DNA of 64,000 nt from Candidatus Hydrothermales bacterium (GTDB lineage: Bacteria > Hydrothermota > Hydrothermia > Hydrothermales > JAJRUZ01), in the NCBI GenBank assembly GCA_039630575.1, contig JBCNUW010000007.1, forward strand, positions 1 through 64,000. The letters run 5' to 3'. The notes under the pieces were generated by a model. It did not search any database and was not told where the DNA came from. It saw only the letters and a list, made by a program, of their open reading frames with translations. Below are positions 1-10,243 of this stretch, in pieces (the first letter of the stretch is position 1; the number at the start of each line of letters is the position of its first letter). Both the position numbers and the translations under genes were made by a program.

Positions 1-299
1 TAGAAAGATTTTAAGAGAAATATAAAATTTTGTAGTTTTTAATAATTACAAAATAAAAGCTACGAATAGAAGTGTTATTTATATTTTTTAAATATTAAAG
101 GAGAGATTTTTCATATTTTCTTTTTACTAATTACAATTTCACAGGGGTAATTATAAATTTTTTATTTAATTTGAAAATTTATTCTTTTATATTACTCTTA
201 TACCTCTTTTTAAAAAACTTAACTTTTAACAGATCTTCACCAATTCTCAATCAAAAGTTGATTTTTAATGATTTTAAAATTTTACTCTACATATTGGTT

Positions 300-945
300 A
301 AAAACCCTTTTCTATGAAACTTAAAACGTCTTTTTCAAACCTACTTAAAATTATTGCTCTCATATAATCAGACCAATTATCATACATCCCTTTAAAGGGC
401 TCACCCTTTATTAAACTAAAAGCTTTCAAAAAAGAGTCCTTGCTAAATACCTCTCACCCCTTAATAAAAAGATATTCGCCTCTTCAAGAAACTCAAAAAC
501 TCATAATAATCCGTTACAAAATAAACACCATTATTCCTTAAAACGGGATAATCTTTTTTAAAATCATAACCTTCCCTTATTAAAAAAGTCATTATTACTA
601 AAATATCTGTCTCCAAATGGGGAGGCAAAGTTCCTGTAAAACTCCTCAAAAGATATTTCCTTACCAGGCACATTTAATCTTAAAGCTAGATGAATTAAAA
701 AGGCACTATCCTTAGGTGATAATTTGTTTTTTATGTACACTTTCTCCTTTTTACCACCCTTAACTTTTATTCTGTAAACCCTAAGATTACCTAAAAAATT
801 AACTTCATAAACAAAAGCCTTCCTATTGAAAACAGGTAACTTTAAAATTGATTTCGGTAAATAAACCTTCTTTCCACTTTCAATAATCCTATTCACTAAA
901 TCAGGGAAAAAATATAATATATAAAAATAAGTTAAAACACCTTCT
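300..945 (-). pseudogene. Frameshifted remnant of the C-terminal part of a large regulator-like protein (winged-helix/BTAD-like tail)
   Basis: Consecutive minus-strand fragments in different frames read ...EGVLTYFYILYFFPDLVNRIIESGKKVYLPKSILKLPVFN...FLGNLRVY... / ...NNGVYFVTDYYEF / ANIFLLRGERYLARTLF / KAFSLIKGEPFKGMYDNWSDYMR. There are at least 3 frameshifts and no intact N-terminus. Boundaries are approximate. Confidence 0.55.
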
Positions 946-1430
946 TAATATGAATTAAAAGTTAGCACTAAAATAACTGTTTCCATTAAAAAAAACACTT
1001 CTTGCTTTTCTTTTATAACTTTGATCCATTGACTCACCCATAAAATTCAGCGTTCTTCATATAGTATACTCAAGTGATTTTCATTTTTCTTTTTAAAATC
1101 AAGTTAATATTAAGGTGATTCTTTTACACTCCTTATATTTTGAAATGATGCTTAAATAAAAATTTCACATGAAAAAATTAAAAATTTAAAAAAGTCCATT
1201 TAAAATTTTTAAACTAAACTAACTATTAACAAAATAACAAAAATATAAATCAAATCCAAAATCTCCAAAATTAGTTATGAAGTAATTAAAAAAATTACAA
1301 TTAACTCACACAAATTCCTATGAATTTTTTTAGTATCATCAAAAGCTATTTATCCTGTCCGGATAAAATTAAATAGTAATTATTTAAGCAAAACTTTAAC
1401 TTACACAAAATTTCAAATTATTTTTTTAAT

Positions 1431-1979
1431 CTATATCCACTTTATAGAACAACCGATTGAAGGATACTGAATTTTTGGGGGTTCTTCACCACGAAAGAGG
1501 CTTAAACATGCTTCCTTTAATTCTTCCCTTGTTACAAGATTTTCATCTTTCCAATTATCATCAAGCCTTCCATGATAGTAAAGTTTCATTTCCCTATCAA
1601 GAAGATAGAAATCGGGTGTGCATTGAGCTTTATACATTTTAGAAATTTCCTGAGTCTCATCAACAAGATAGGGAATATTTATTTTCCATTCATTTATTTT
1701 GTTTTTCATCTCACTTACAGAATCTTCAGGATAATCACTGTTTTTTGAGTTTGGGTTTATGGCAAAAGTATTTATGCCAATCTTACTTATCTCACCAGCC
1801 AATCTCAAAAGTCTTGGCCATACAGCTTTTGCATAAGGACAATGGTTACACGTAAATACAATAAGTAAACCAATCTTACCCATATGATCTTTCGTTGAAT
1901 AAACTTTCCCGAAAGGATCCTTCAACTCAAAATCAGGCATTTTTGTGCCTATAGGAATATAAATAGACTCAACAGGCAT
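1431..1979 (-). CDS. Thioredoxin-like AhpC/TSA (redoxin) family protein
   Basis: PDFELKD...FTCNHCPY, AINPN, YKAQCTPDFYLLD, YHGRLDD and C-terminal GCSIKW are typical of this family. Confidence 0.9.
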   Translation of the reverse strand: MPVESIYIPIGTKMPDFELKDPFGKVYSTKDHMGKIGLLIVFTCNHCPYAKAVWPRLLRLAGEISKIGINTFAINPNSKNSDYPEDSVSEMKNKINEWKINIPYLVDETQEISKMYKAQCTPDFYLLDREMKLYYHGRLDDNWKDENLVTREELKEACLSLFRGEEPPKIQYPSIGCSIKWI

Positions 1980-1997
1980 TTTTTAATCTTACTCTCA

Positions 1998-2010
1998 AGG
2001 ATTTGAACCT
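1998..2010 (-). promoter_or_regulatory. T-loop-like mini-hairpin AGG-TTCAAAT-CCT upstream of the redoxin gene
   Basis: The 11-mer core (1999-2009) ends 19 nt before ATG 1979. One of five copies in 5' leaders. Confidence 0.55.
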
Positions 2011-2017
2011 ATTTTGT

Positions 2018-3481
2018 TTAAAACTTCTTAAGGTCTGTTTTTCCTGGAATATAACCCCAAAGTTCTTTTATTATTTTCCTTATTCTCTCTATACACCTTT
2101 CCTTACCAATCAACTCCATTAACTTAAAAAGAGAAGGTCCAACCTTCCTACCTGTTAAAGCAATTCTAAGTGGGTGAATTAAAAAGGCATGTTTCTCTTT
2201 TAAATTATCAGCAACCTTCCTTACAACCTCCTCTATCTTTTTCTCATCCCATGTTTCAATTTTTTCTAACTCACTTTTTATTTCTTCTAACCCCTCAAAT
2301 ACTTTAGGATCCGCAAAATATCTTTCGGTTGCCTCAACATCGTAACCAAAATCATCTATATAAAAATACTCAATTAAATAGGGAATATCTTTTAAAACTT
2401 TAGCTCTCTCCCTTGTTAGCTCAACTACCTTCTTAAGGTATTCTAAATCCTTCTCATATTCTTTCTTCCACCATTTTTCCTTCCTTAAAAACTCTAATGA
2501 AAGATCTATAATTTCATTTAAATCTTTTCTCTTTAAATACTCAGAATTCATCCATAAAAGTTTCTGTCTATCAAATATACTAGCACTTTTTCTACAATCT
2601 TTAATATCAAACTTTTCTATCATATCCTCCCTTGAAATAATCTCAACATCCCCACCTGGTGACCATCCAAGAAGTGCAAGAAAATTAAAAAGTGCCTCAG
2701 GTAAAAAACCCTCCTCTTTATACTCGATCACTGATGTTGCACCGTGTCTTTTTGATAGTTTCTTTCTATCAGGTCCTAAAATCATAGGAAGATGCGCAAA
2801 TTCCGGTATCTCCCATCCAAAAGCTTTATAAAGTAAAATTTGTTTGGGAGTATTAGATATATGGTCATCTCCTCTTATAACATGCGTTATCCCCATATCT
2901 CTATCATCAATTACACAGGCAAAGTTGTAAGTAGGTGACCCGTCACTCCTTAATATAATAAAATCTTCAATTTCTTCATTTTTAAATGTAATTTCACCAT
3001 GAATTAGATCCAAAAATTTAGTCTCCCCATCTGGAACTAAAAACCTAACTGTTTTTTCCCTATTTTCACTTAATAATCTTTTTATCTCCTCTTCACTTTT
3101 ACTATAACATTTTCTTGAATACTTAACAGGTTTTTTTTCAAGTCTTAATATTTTTCTTTCTTCCTCAAGCTCCTCTTCAGAACAGAAACAGTAATAAGCC
3201 TTTTTTTCTTCTAAAAGCTTTATAGCGTATTTCCTGTAAACATCTAATCTTTTACTCTGAAAGATAATTTCCTCATCCCAATCTATTTTTAACCATTTTA
3301 GGCCATTTAAAATTACATCTATAAATTCTTTTTGTGATCTTTCTACATCAGTATCCTCAATTCTCAAAAGAAATTTACCCTTCATTTTTCTTGCATAAAG
3401 AAAGTTATAAATTGCGGTTCTTACACCTCCAACATGAAGAACCCCTGTCGGTGCTGGTGCAAATCTAAGTCTTATTTGCAT
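2018..3481 (-). CDS. gltX: Glutamate--tRNA ligase
   Basis: RFAPAPTGVLHVGG (HIGH-like), LRIEDTD, THVIRGDDH, KLSKR. Confidence 0.98.
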   Translation of the reverse strand: MQIRLRFAPAPTGVLHVGGVRTAIYNFLYARKMKGKFLLRIEDTDVERSQKEFIDVILNGLKWLKIDWDEEIIFQSKRLDVYRKYAIKLLEEKKAYYCFCSEEELEEERKILRLEKKPVKYSRKCYSKSEEEIKRLLSENREKTVRFLVPDGETKFLDLIHGEITFKNEEIEDFIILRSDGSPTYNFACVIDDRDMGITHVIRGDDHISNTPKQILLYKAFGWEIPEFAHLPMILGPDRKKLSKRHGATSVIEYKEEGFLPEALFNFLALLGWSPGGDVEIISREDMIEKFDIKDCRKSASIFDRQKLLWMNSEYLKRKDLNEIIDLSLEFLRKEKWWKKEYEKDLEYLKKVVELTRERAKVLKDIPYLIEYFYIDDFGYDVEATERYFADPKVFEGLEEIKSELEKIETWDEKKIEEVVRKVADNLKEKHAFLIHPLRIALTGRKVGPSLFKLMELIGKERCIERIRKIIKELWGYIPGKTDLKKF

Positions 3482-3520
3482 AAATTTGATTATAAGTTAT
3501 AAAAAGCTTAAAATAAAAAG
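3482..3520. promoter_or_regulatory. Divergent leaderless-type sigma70 promoters for gltX and gcvPB
   Basis: Plus strand: TTGATT 3486-91, 17 nt, TAAAAT 3509-14, 6 nt, ATG. Minus strand: TATAAT (3494-3489) 7 nt before the gltX ATG. No SD on either side. Confidence 0.7.
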
Positions 3521-4948
3521 ATGGGAAATATTTTTAACCAATATAAAAATAGAATAACAAAAAGTAATTTAAAATTACCTGAAGATTTACCAGAAAACTT
3601 AAAAAGAAAAAGCCCTATAAAAATACCTAATCTAACAGAAGGTGAGGTGGTAAGACACTTTGATAGACTTGGAAGAAAGAACTATTCAGTGGATTACGGA
3701 TTCTATCCACTTGGCTCATGCACTATGAAGTATAATCCAAAACTAAATGAAGAAGTTGCCTCTCTTTCTAATTTTATAAATTTACATCCATTACAACCCT
3801 CATACACAGTTCAAGGTATTTTAAAATTAGCAAAGGAACTAGAAAACTTACTTTGCTTAATTTCTGGTATGGATGCAGTTACTTTACAACCTGCTGCAGG
3901 TGCTCATGGAGAGTTAGTAGGTATGCTTATAGTAAGAAAATATCATACTGATAAAGGAAACCCAAGAAAGTATGTCTTAATACCTGATTCAGCTCATGGA
4001 ACAAATCCAGCATCCGTAACTCTTGCAGGTTATACTGCAATAGAGATAAAGTCTAACTCAGAAGGTCTTGTGGATATAAAAAAACTTAAAGAACAAATTA
4101 ATGAAGAAGTAGCAGCTTTTATGATAACCAATCCCAATACACTTGGTCTATTTGAATCAAATATAAAAATTATCTCTGAGATGCTTCACGAAAAAGATAT
4201 ATTACTTTATATGGATGGTGCAAACTTAAATGCTCTTCTTGGAATAATAAAGCCAGGCGATACAGGAGTTGATATTCTTCATTTCAATTTACATAAGACA
4301 TTTTCAACTCCTCATGGTTCAGGAGGACCCGGTGCTGGTCCAGTTGGTGTTAAAAAGTTTCTTGAGAAGTACTTACCTATACCTCGAATATTAGAAGAAA
4401 ATGGTGAATTAAAACTTTCTTATGATTTTCCCCATTCAATAGGAAAAGTTCATGCTTTTTATGGTCATCCTCTCATTTGGGTAAGAGCACTCTCTTATAT
4501 TTTAAGAATAGGAAAAGAAAACCTAAGAAAAATTGCGGAATTTTCGATTTTAAATGCTAATTACTTAAGAAAAAAACTCGAAAGATTTTTTGAAAATCCC
4601 TATCCAAATAGGCCATCAATGCATGAATTCGTATTATCTGCTGAAAACATTAAGAAAAAATATAATGTAAAGGCTCTTGATATAGCAAAAAGGTTACTTG
4701 ACTATGGATTTCATGCTCCAACAATGTACTTTCCCTTAATTGTAAAAGAAGCTCTTATGATTGAACCAACAGAAACAGAATCCGTTGAAACCTTAGACGA
4801 GTTCGTACAAACAATTGAAAAAATAATGGAGGAAATAGAAAAAACTCCTGAAGTTGTTATCAAGGCACCACACAATACCCCGGTTAAAAGGCTTGACGAT
4901 GTTAAGGCAAATAAAGACCTTATTGTAAGAGAAACTCTTCTTGACTAA
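3521..4948 (+). CDS. gcvPB: Glycine dehydrogenase (decarboxylating) subunit 2
   Basis: YPLGSCTMKYNP, QPAAGAHGE, SAHGTNPAS, PLP-lysine motif NLHKTFSTPHG. Confidence 0.97.
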   Translation: MGNIFNQYKNRITKSNLKLPEDLPENLKRKSPIKIPNLTEGEVVRHFDRLGRKNYSVDYGFYPLGSCTMKYNPKLNEEVASLSNFINLHPLQPSYTVQGILKLAKELENLLCLISGMDAVTLQPAAGAHGELVGMLIVRKYHTDKGNPRKYVLIPDSAHGTNPASVTLAGYTAIEIKSNSEGLVDIKKLKEQINEEVAAFMITNPNTLGLFESNIKIISEMLHEKDILLYMDGANLNALLGIIKPGDTGVDILHFNLHKTFSTPHGSGGPGAGPVGVKKFLEKYLPIPRILEENGELKLSYDFPHSIGKVHAFYGHPLIWVRALSYILRIGKENLRKIAEFSILNANYLRKKLERFFENPYPNRPSMHEFVLSAENIKKKYNVKALDIAKRLLDYGFHAPTMYFPLIVKEALMIEPTETESVETLDEFVQTIEKIMEEIEKTPEVVIKAPHNTPVKRLDDVKANKDLIVRETLLD

Positions 4949-5216
4949 TTCCTTAAATTCCCAAAACTACGATGAGTTAATTGATAGAATTGCTCGAAGG
5001 ATATGTGATTTAAAACTTGAGACAATTTTTATAATTATTCTTGAATCAGCTAAACCTCTCTCCTTTATTGCATCAAGTATTTTAGTAGCTTTTGAACCAC
5101 TTATAAATTCCTTTTTTTCATTTAAGGATTACAAAAAATTTTACGAAATGCTTGAAAATAGAGAAAATATTGAAAAGCTGATCAGAAAAATTGAGGAATA
5201 CTCGCAAGAAAAATAG
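4941..5216 (+). CDS. Conserved hypothetical small protein (ESAKPLSFIAS motif), upstream of the GlmL-like gene
   Basis: 91-aa ORF with a TTG start overlapping the gcvPB end. Amphipathic helices; composition matches the other genes. Confidence 0.75.
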   Translation: MTNSLNSQNYDELIDRIARRICDLKLETIFIIILESAKPLSFIASSILVAFEPLINSFFSFKDYKKFYEMLENRENIEKLIRKIEEYSQEK

Positions 5217-5218
5217 AT

Positions 5219-5267
5219 TTGAATTCAGAAAAAAACTTATTTAAAATTTTTTAATGGTTCCACCCCA
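5219..5267 (+). promoter_or_regulatory. Promoter of the GlmL-like gene plus T-loop-like mini-hairpin TGG-TTCCACC-CCA
   Basis: TTGAAT 5219-24, 17 nt, TAAAAT 5242-47. Hairpin at 5255-5267; its core ends 20 nt before ATG 5287. No SD. Confidence 0.6.
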
Positions 5268-5286
5268 ATAAAAAAATTAATAAGAA

Positions 5287-7110
5287 ATGGAAAGAGAACC
5301 AACAAGAATACTTGCAACTGATTGTGGGAGTACTACAACAAAGGCAATTTTAATAGAAAAAAGAGGAGAAAACTACACACTTGTTGCAAGAGGAGAAGCT
5401 CCAACAACTGTTGAAAAACCCTTTGAAGATGTTACAAAAGGAGCTTTAAATGCCTTTAGAGAATTGGAAGAACTAACCGGTATACAAATTCTTGAAGGAG
5501 AAAAAATTATTAAGGGAGCAAAAGGCTCAAAAGGTGTAGATCTTTATGTATCAACATCTTCTGCAGGTGGCGGTCTTCAGATGATGGTTGCTGGGGTTGT
5601 AAAAAGCATGACTGCTGAATCAGCAGCAAGAGCAGCTCTTGGAGCTGGAGCGATTGTAATGGAGACAATTGCTTCAAACGACGGCAGACTACCCTATAAG
5701 AGAGTCGAACTAATTAGACAATTGCGACCTGATATGATACTTCTTGCTGGAGGTATTGACGGTGGAACTAAAAAACATGTAATTGAACTTGCTGAACTTA
5801 TAAGAGCAGCAGAGCCTAAACCAAGATTCGGAATAAGTTATAAATTACCTGTAATTTACGCTGGAAATAAGGAAGCTAGGGAAGACGTTGTTGATATCTT
5901 AAAAGACAAAACAGCCCTCTCAATTGTTGATAACATAAGACCAGTACTTGAAGTAGAAAATTTAGGACCAGCAAGAGATAAAATTCATGACTTATTTCTT
6001 GAGCATGTCATGGCTCATGCTCCAGGATATCCAAAACTGATGAGTTGGACAGATGTCCCAATTATGCCTACACCAGGAGCAGTGGGTCTTCTAATGCAAA
6101 AAGTTGCTGAAATAGAGGGAATTGAAATTTTAGGTGTTGATATAGGTGGCGCAACAACAGATGTATTTAGTGTCTTTCAATGTATCTTTAATAGAACAGT
6201 AAGTGCTAATCTGGGTATGAGTTATTCTATATCAAATGTGATGGTTGAAGCAGGTATGGAAAACATCTTAAGATGGATACCCTTTAAAATAAAAATAAGC
6301 GATTTGAGAAACAGGATAAGAAACAAAATGATAAGACCTACTACAATTCCACAAAACCTCGAAGATCTGATAGTAGAACAAGCAATCGCAAGAGAAGCTC
6401 TAAGACTTGCACTTGAACAACATAAGCAGATGGCAGTAAGCTTAAAGGGTGTTCAAAAAGAAAGAACGATTTCTGATGTTTTTGCTCAAACTATAAGTGG
6501 CGAAACTCTTGTAAATATGATGACTTTAGGCATGATTATAGGTTCAGGAGGAATCCTCTCACATGCTCCAAGAAGAAGTCAAGCAGCCTTAATGATGATA
6601 GATGCCTTTCAACCTGAAGGAATTACCTATCTAACAGTTGATTCAATCTTTATGATGCCCCACCTTGGGGTTCTTTCAACAGTTCACGAAAAAGCCGCAA
6701 TGGAGGTTTTCAATAAAGATTGCCTTATATGGCTTGGAACATGCATAGCACCTAGAGGAATAAGTAAAAAAGGTAAAAAAGTATTAAAAGTAAAAATAAT
6801 AAAAGAAAACAAAGAAGAAATAGAAGCTGAACTCAAATTTGGCGAATTAAAAAGAATCCCACTTTCAATTGGCGAAAAAGCTAAAGTATCTTTAGATCCT
6901 GAAAAAAATTTTGATGTTGGTGAAGGACCAGGTAAAAAAGTTGAAAGAGAAGTAAGAGGAGGCGTCGTTGGTATTATTTTAGACGGAAGAGGAAGACCAC
7001 TTGAAATTCCAAAAAATGAAGAAGAAAGAGTATCTAATTTTTCTGAATGGATTTTTTCTCTTGATGTATATCCTAAGAAGGATTATTTAGAACTTTTAAA
7101 GGAAAAGTAA
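5287..7110 (+). CDS. GlmL/MutL-like (glutamate mutase L family) ASKHA-fold ATPase
   Basis: Phosphate-1 ILATDCGSTTTKA, TSSAGGGL, PDMILLAGGIDGG, phosphate-2 VDIGGATTDVFS, RTVSANLGM, IIGSGGIL. Confidence 0.85.
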   Translation: MEREPTRILATDCGSTTTKAILIEKRGENYTLVARGEAPTTVEKPFEDVTKGALNAFRELEELTGIQILEGEKIIKGAKGSKGVDLYVSTSSAGGGLQMMVAGVVKSMTAESAARAALGAGAIVMETIASNDGRLPYKRVELIRQLRPDMILLAGGIDGGTKKHVIELAELIRAAEPKPRFGISYKLPVIYAGNKEAREDVVDILKDKTALSIVDNIRPVLEVENLGPARDKIHDLFLEHVMAHAPGYPKLMSWTDVPIMPTPGAVGLLMQKVAEIEGIEILGVDIGGATTDVFSVFQCIFNRTVSANLGMSYSISNVMVEAGMENILRWIPFKIKISDLRNRIRNKMIRPTTIPQNLEDLIVEQAIAREALRLALEQHKQMAVSLKGVQKERTISDVFAQTISGETLVNMMTLGMIIGSGGILSHAPRRSQAALMMIDAFQPEGITYLTVDSIFMMPHLGVLSTVHEKAAMEVFNKDCLIWLGTCIAPRGISKKGKKVLKVKIIKENKEEIEAELKFGELKRIPLSIGEKAKVSLDPEKNFDVGEGPGKKVEREVRGGVVGIILDGRGRPLEIPKNEEERVSNFSEWIFSLDVYPKKDYLELLKEK

Positions 7111-7130
7111 AAGAGAATAAAAAAAAATTA

Positions 7131-8477
7131 TTAAAAGTCAGTATAGCTCGTAAATCTAAGAGAACATAAAAGATATGGGGCATATATACCAGTCGAAAAA
7201 CGAAAACCATAGGAACTTGATTCAGAAATCAGTTTTCTCTCTTTTGAAACTTCCAGTTCATTACTTAAGACTCTTAAAAAGGAGTCAGTAAATCTAAGGT
7301 TTTTAATAGGTTTTGTAATTTTTCCTTTTTCAATTAAAAATGTCCCATCCCTTGTCATACCTGTTATAGAAAAATTTGAGGCATTAACAATGTTTGTATA
7401 ATGGAATCTGGAAATGTAAATTCCACGTTCTATTTCTGACAAAATTTCATCTTTTCCCTTTTCTCCAGGAGAAATAACTAAATTAAAAGGAAACGGGAAG
7501 GTAGAGGGTGGAAAGCCTGCTGCATTACCAGTTGATTTTTTATTCTCAACAAATGCTGTTTTTCTATCATATAATAGATTTTTTGCAACTCCTTTGGAGA
7601 CAATCTCTACCTTTTCTTTTGGAACACCTTCAAAATCAAATGGGAAAGGAAAACCATCTTCAAAGAAGGGATCTTCATAAATTGTTAATTTATCGGAAAA
7701 AACTTTCTCACCCAATCTACCAACTAGGAAGTTTCTTTTTTCTTGATAGGTCTTAGCCGAAAAACCTATAAAAGAAGCAAATACAAAAATATCAGCAACA
7801 GCCTCTGGTTCGAGAAAGACAACATATTCTCCCGGTTCAATCTGAATCTTATCAAAGGAATTAGCTGCTTTAAATTTTGCTTCCTCAGCAATTTTTTCAA
7901 AATCTATTTGCGAAAATCTTCTTGAATGTTCCTCAGCCCAACCAGTGGCAGTACCCTTCATTGCTGTAATAGTAACATGAGCATCCGAAACTTTTGAATA
8001 GGCAGATAGACCTCTTGAAGAAAAGAGTGCAATTTCACTTCCACCTGTATTAATAACTCCATAACCTTCAAAATTTCCTAAAATTTTTGAAATTCTATAA
8101 ACAGCTAAAGCCCTTTCTTCCTCACTTACATTAAAGGTCATCTCATCAAAAGTAAAAATTTCTCTATAATTACTACCCTCAGGATATCCAGGATAATCAG
8201 AAGGATAAGTGTCCTTAAGCATTTCATAAGTTTTATTCACAAGATTTTTAGCATCATCCAACTCAGGATTACTGAAAAATCTTGTTACTATACGATCTTT
8301 TTCCTTTATGCTCACAGCAACTTCAGTATTTTCATAAGAGGTATTCTGATGAATTTTACTCTTCGAATACCTTGTTATTTCGTTTTTTTCATAAAGAAAT
8401 ATAACAAAAATCTCTTCACCTTTTTTATGACTAAGAATTTTTTTAAAAAAATCAAAATAAAAATCTTTTCCTTTCAT
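7131..8477 (-). CDS. TldD/PmbA family protein (probably the PmbA/TldE-like subunit)
   Basis: EPGEYVVFLEPEAV, PFDFEGVP, STGNA, TGMTRDGTFLIEKGKI. The HExxxH motif is absent. Confidence 0.88.
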   Translation of the reverse strand: MKGKDFYFDFFKKILSHKKGEEIFVIFLYEKNEITRYSKSKIHQNTSYENTEVAVSIKEKDRIVTRFFSNPELDDAKNLVNKTYEMLKDTYPSDYPGYPEGSNYREIFTFDEMTFNVSEEERALAVYRISKILGNFEGYGVINTGGSEIALFSSRGLSAYSKVSDAHVTITAMKGTATGWAEEHSRRFSQIDFEKIAEEAKFKAANSFDKIQIEPGEYVVFLEPEAVADIFVFASFIGFSAKTYQEKRNFLVGRLGEKVFSDKLTIYEDPFFEDGFPFPFDFEGVPKEKVEIVSKGVAKNLLYDRKTAFVENKKSTGNAAGFPPSTFPFPFNLVISPGEKGKDEILSEIERGIYISRFHYTNIVNASNFSITGMTRDGTFLIEKGKITKPIKNLRFTDSFLRVLSNELEVSKERKLISESSSYGFRFSTGIYAPYLLCSLRFTSYTDF

Positions 8478-9762
8478 AATTATCCTCCCTATAAGTTATT
8501 TTCCCCTTTTTTATTGTATAAAGAACCTTTCCTTTTAGTTTATAACCTTTAAAAGGAGTATTTTTGCCCTTAGTAAAAAATTTATCTGGTTCACATATCC
8601 ACTCTTTATCTAAATCCAAAATTGTTATATTAGCTAAAAAATTTTCCTTAATCCTTCCATAACCTTCAAGACCAAATATCTTAGCGGGATTATACGACAT
8701 AAACTTAACAATCTCCTTTAATTCTAAAATTTTAGTATGGTAAAAAAAGGTTAAAATAAGCGAAAGAGCAATCTCAATCCCAGATACACCTGGTGAGGAA
8801 ATTTCAAACTCCCTTTCTTTATCAAAAATTTTGTGAGGAGCATGGTCTGTGGCAATAATATCTATTACTCCTTCCTTTAAACCCTCTATAAGTCTTATTC
8901 TATCTTCCTCCTCTCTCAATGGGGGGTTTACTTTAAAATTTGAATCAAAATCAAAAAGAGCTTTTTCCGTTAAAATAAGATGATGAGGTGTTACTTCACA
9001 AGTTAAATTTAAACCCCTTTCTTTTGCATCCTTTACTATTTCTATACTCTCTTTTGCTGTTAAATGAGCTATATGAAGTTTACCTTTTGTTTTCTTTAAA
9101 AGTGTTATATCTCTTAGTATAGCGATAATTTCTCCTTCTCTTGGTCTTCCTTTAAGTCCTAATGAAAGTGTAAAAGGAGACTCGTTTGCAACTCCTCCTT
9201 CACATAAAAATTTTTCCTCAGCATGTTGTATAATAGGTTTGTCAAAATCTCTTGTATAATATAGCGCATTCTCCATAAGTTTGGTGTTTTGAAGATAATC
9301 ACCATCATCAGAAAAAGCTATAGCACCTTCCTCTATCATCTCATAAAAATTTGCTAATTCTTCTCCTTTTCTACCTTTTGTTATTGCTCCAACTGGGAAA
9401 ACTTCACAGAAGTCATAAGATTTTGCCTTCTCCTTAACATATTTAATAACTGCTCCTTTATCCATACATGGGTCAGTGTTAGGCATGGCAAAAACAGCAA
9501 CATAACCTCCTTTACTGGCTGCCCTTGTTCCTGTTTCTATTGTCTCACTATCTTCATAACCTGGCTCTCTCAAATGAGTATGCACATCAACAAGACCAGG
9601 TATTGCATATAAATTATTAGCTTCTATAATTTCTACATTTTCCCTTTTTATATTCCTTTCTATACACTTTATCCTTTCATTTTCAATGAGAATATCATAA
9701 TTTTCTTTTAATCCTTCCTCAGGATCTACTATATTAACATTTTTAATTAAAATCTCACTCAA
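8452..9762 (-). CDS. pyrC: Dihydroorotase
   Basis: PGLVDVHTHLREPG, MPNT, CEVTPHH, KVNPPLR, ATDHAPH. Confidence 0.96.
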   Translation of the reverse strand: MSEILIKNVNIVDPEEGLKENYDILIENERIKCIERNIKRENVEIIEANNLYAIPGLVDVHTHLREPGYEDSETIETGTRAASKGGYVAVFAMPNTDPCMDKGAVIKYVKEKAKSYDFCEVFPVGAITKGRKGEELANFYEMIEEGAIAFSDDGDYLQNTKLMENALYYTRDFDKPIIQHAEEKFLCEGGVANESPFTLSLGLKGRPREGEIIAILRDITLLKKTKGKLHIAHLTAKESIEIVKDAKERGLNLTCEVTPHHLILTEKALFDFDSNFKVNPPLREEEDRIRLIEGLKEGVIDIIATDHAPHKIFDKEREFEISSPGVSGIEIALSLILTFFYHTKILELKEIVKFMSYNPAKIFGLEGYGRIKENFLANITILDLDKEWICEPDKFFTKGKNTPFKGYKLKGKVLYTIKKGKITYREDNYERKRFLF

Positions 9763-9763
9763 C

Positions 9764-10243
9764 TTATAACTCTTTTATTTTATCCTTAAGCCGCAAAAGC
9801 TCAAGCATTGTAGCAGCAGCATTTTCACCTCTATTTCCCAGTTTTCCACCAGACCTTTCAATCCCTTGAAGAGTATCAGAAAGTGTTATTATTGCCATTC
9901 CAAGAGGTATTTCCTTCTCCTTTGCTATTTCTATTACATTTTTAATACTTTCTCTTGCTACATGGGTATGATGCTCTGTCTCTCCTTCCACAATAGCTCC
10001 AATAACCAAAAAAGCGTTATATCTTTCTGGAAATTTATTCTTTAAGAAAGAAAAGGCACTAACTATTTCTAAAGAACCAGGAACAATAAAAACATCAATT
10101 TGATCTTCTTCAGCACCACATCTTTTGAGAAACTCCCTCGCTCCTCTTAACATTTCAAATGTAATATGAGAATGAAACCTTGAAACAATTATACAGAATT
10201 TATCATTTTTATTAACCTTTAAATTTCCGTAAATTTCAGCCAT
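9764..10243 (-). CDS. ribH: 6,7-dimethyl-8-ribityllumazine synthase (divergent)
   Basis: IIVSRFH, VPGSLEI, GETEH, ERSGGKLGNRG; directly follows ribBA. Confidence 0.9.
   Translation of the reverse strand: MAEIYGNLKVNKNDKFCIIVSRFHSHITFEMLRGAREFLKRCGAEEDQIDVFIVPGSLEIVSAFSFLKNKFPERYNAFLVIGAIVEGETEHHTHVARESIKNVIEIAKEKEIPLGMAIITLSDTLQGIERSGGKLGNRGENAAATMLELLRLKDKIKEL

Noticed and set aside
962..990. TTAGCACT as a CIRCE element
   Set aside because: The second half-site (GAGTGCTAA) is missing and no chaperone gene follows.
946..1430. AT-rich gap as replication origin; inverted repeat TTTATCC-N5-GGATAAA at 1349-1367
   Set aside because: No cluster of TTATCCACA boxes and no dnaA/dnaN/gidA context. 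The single palindrome could be a weak terminator or operator but is unsupported.
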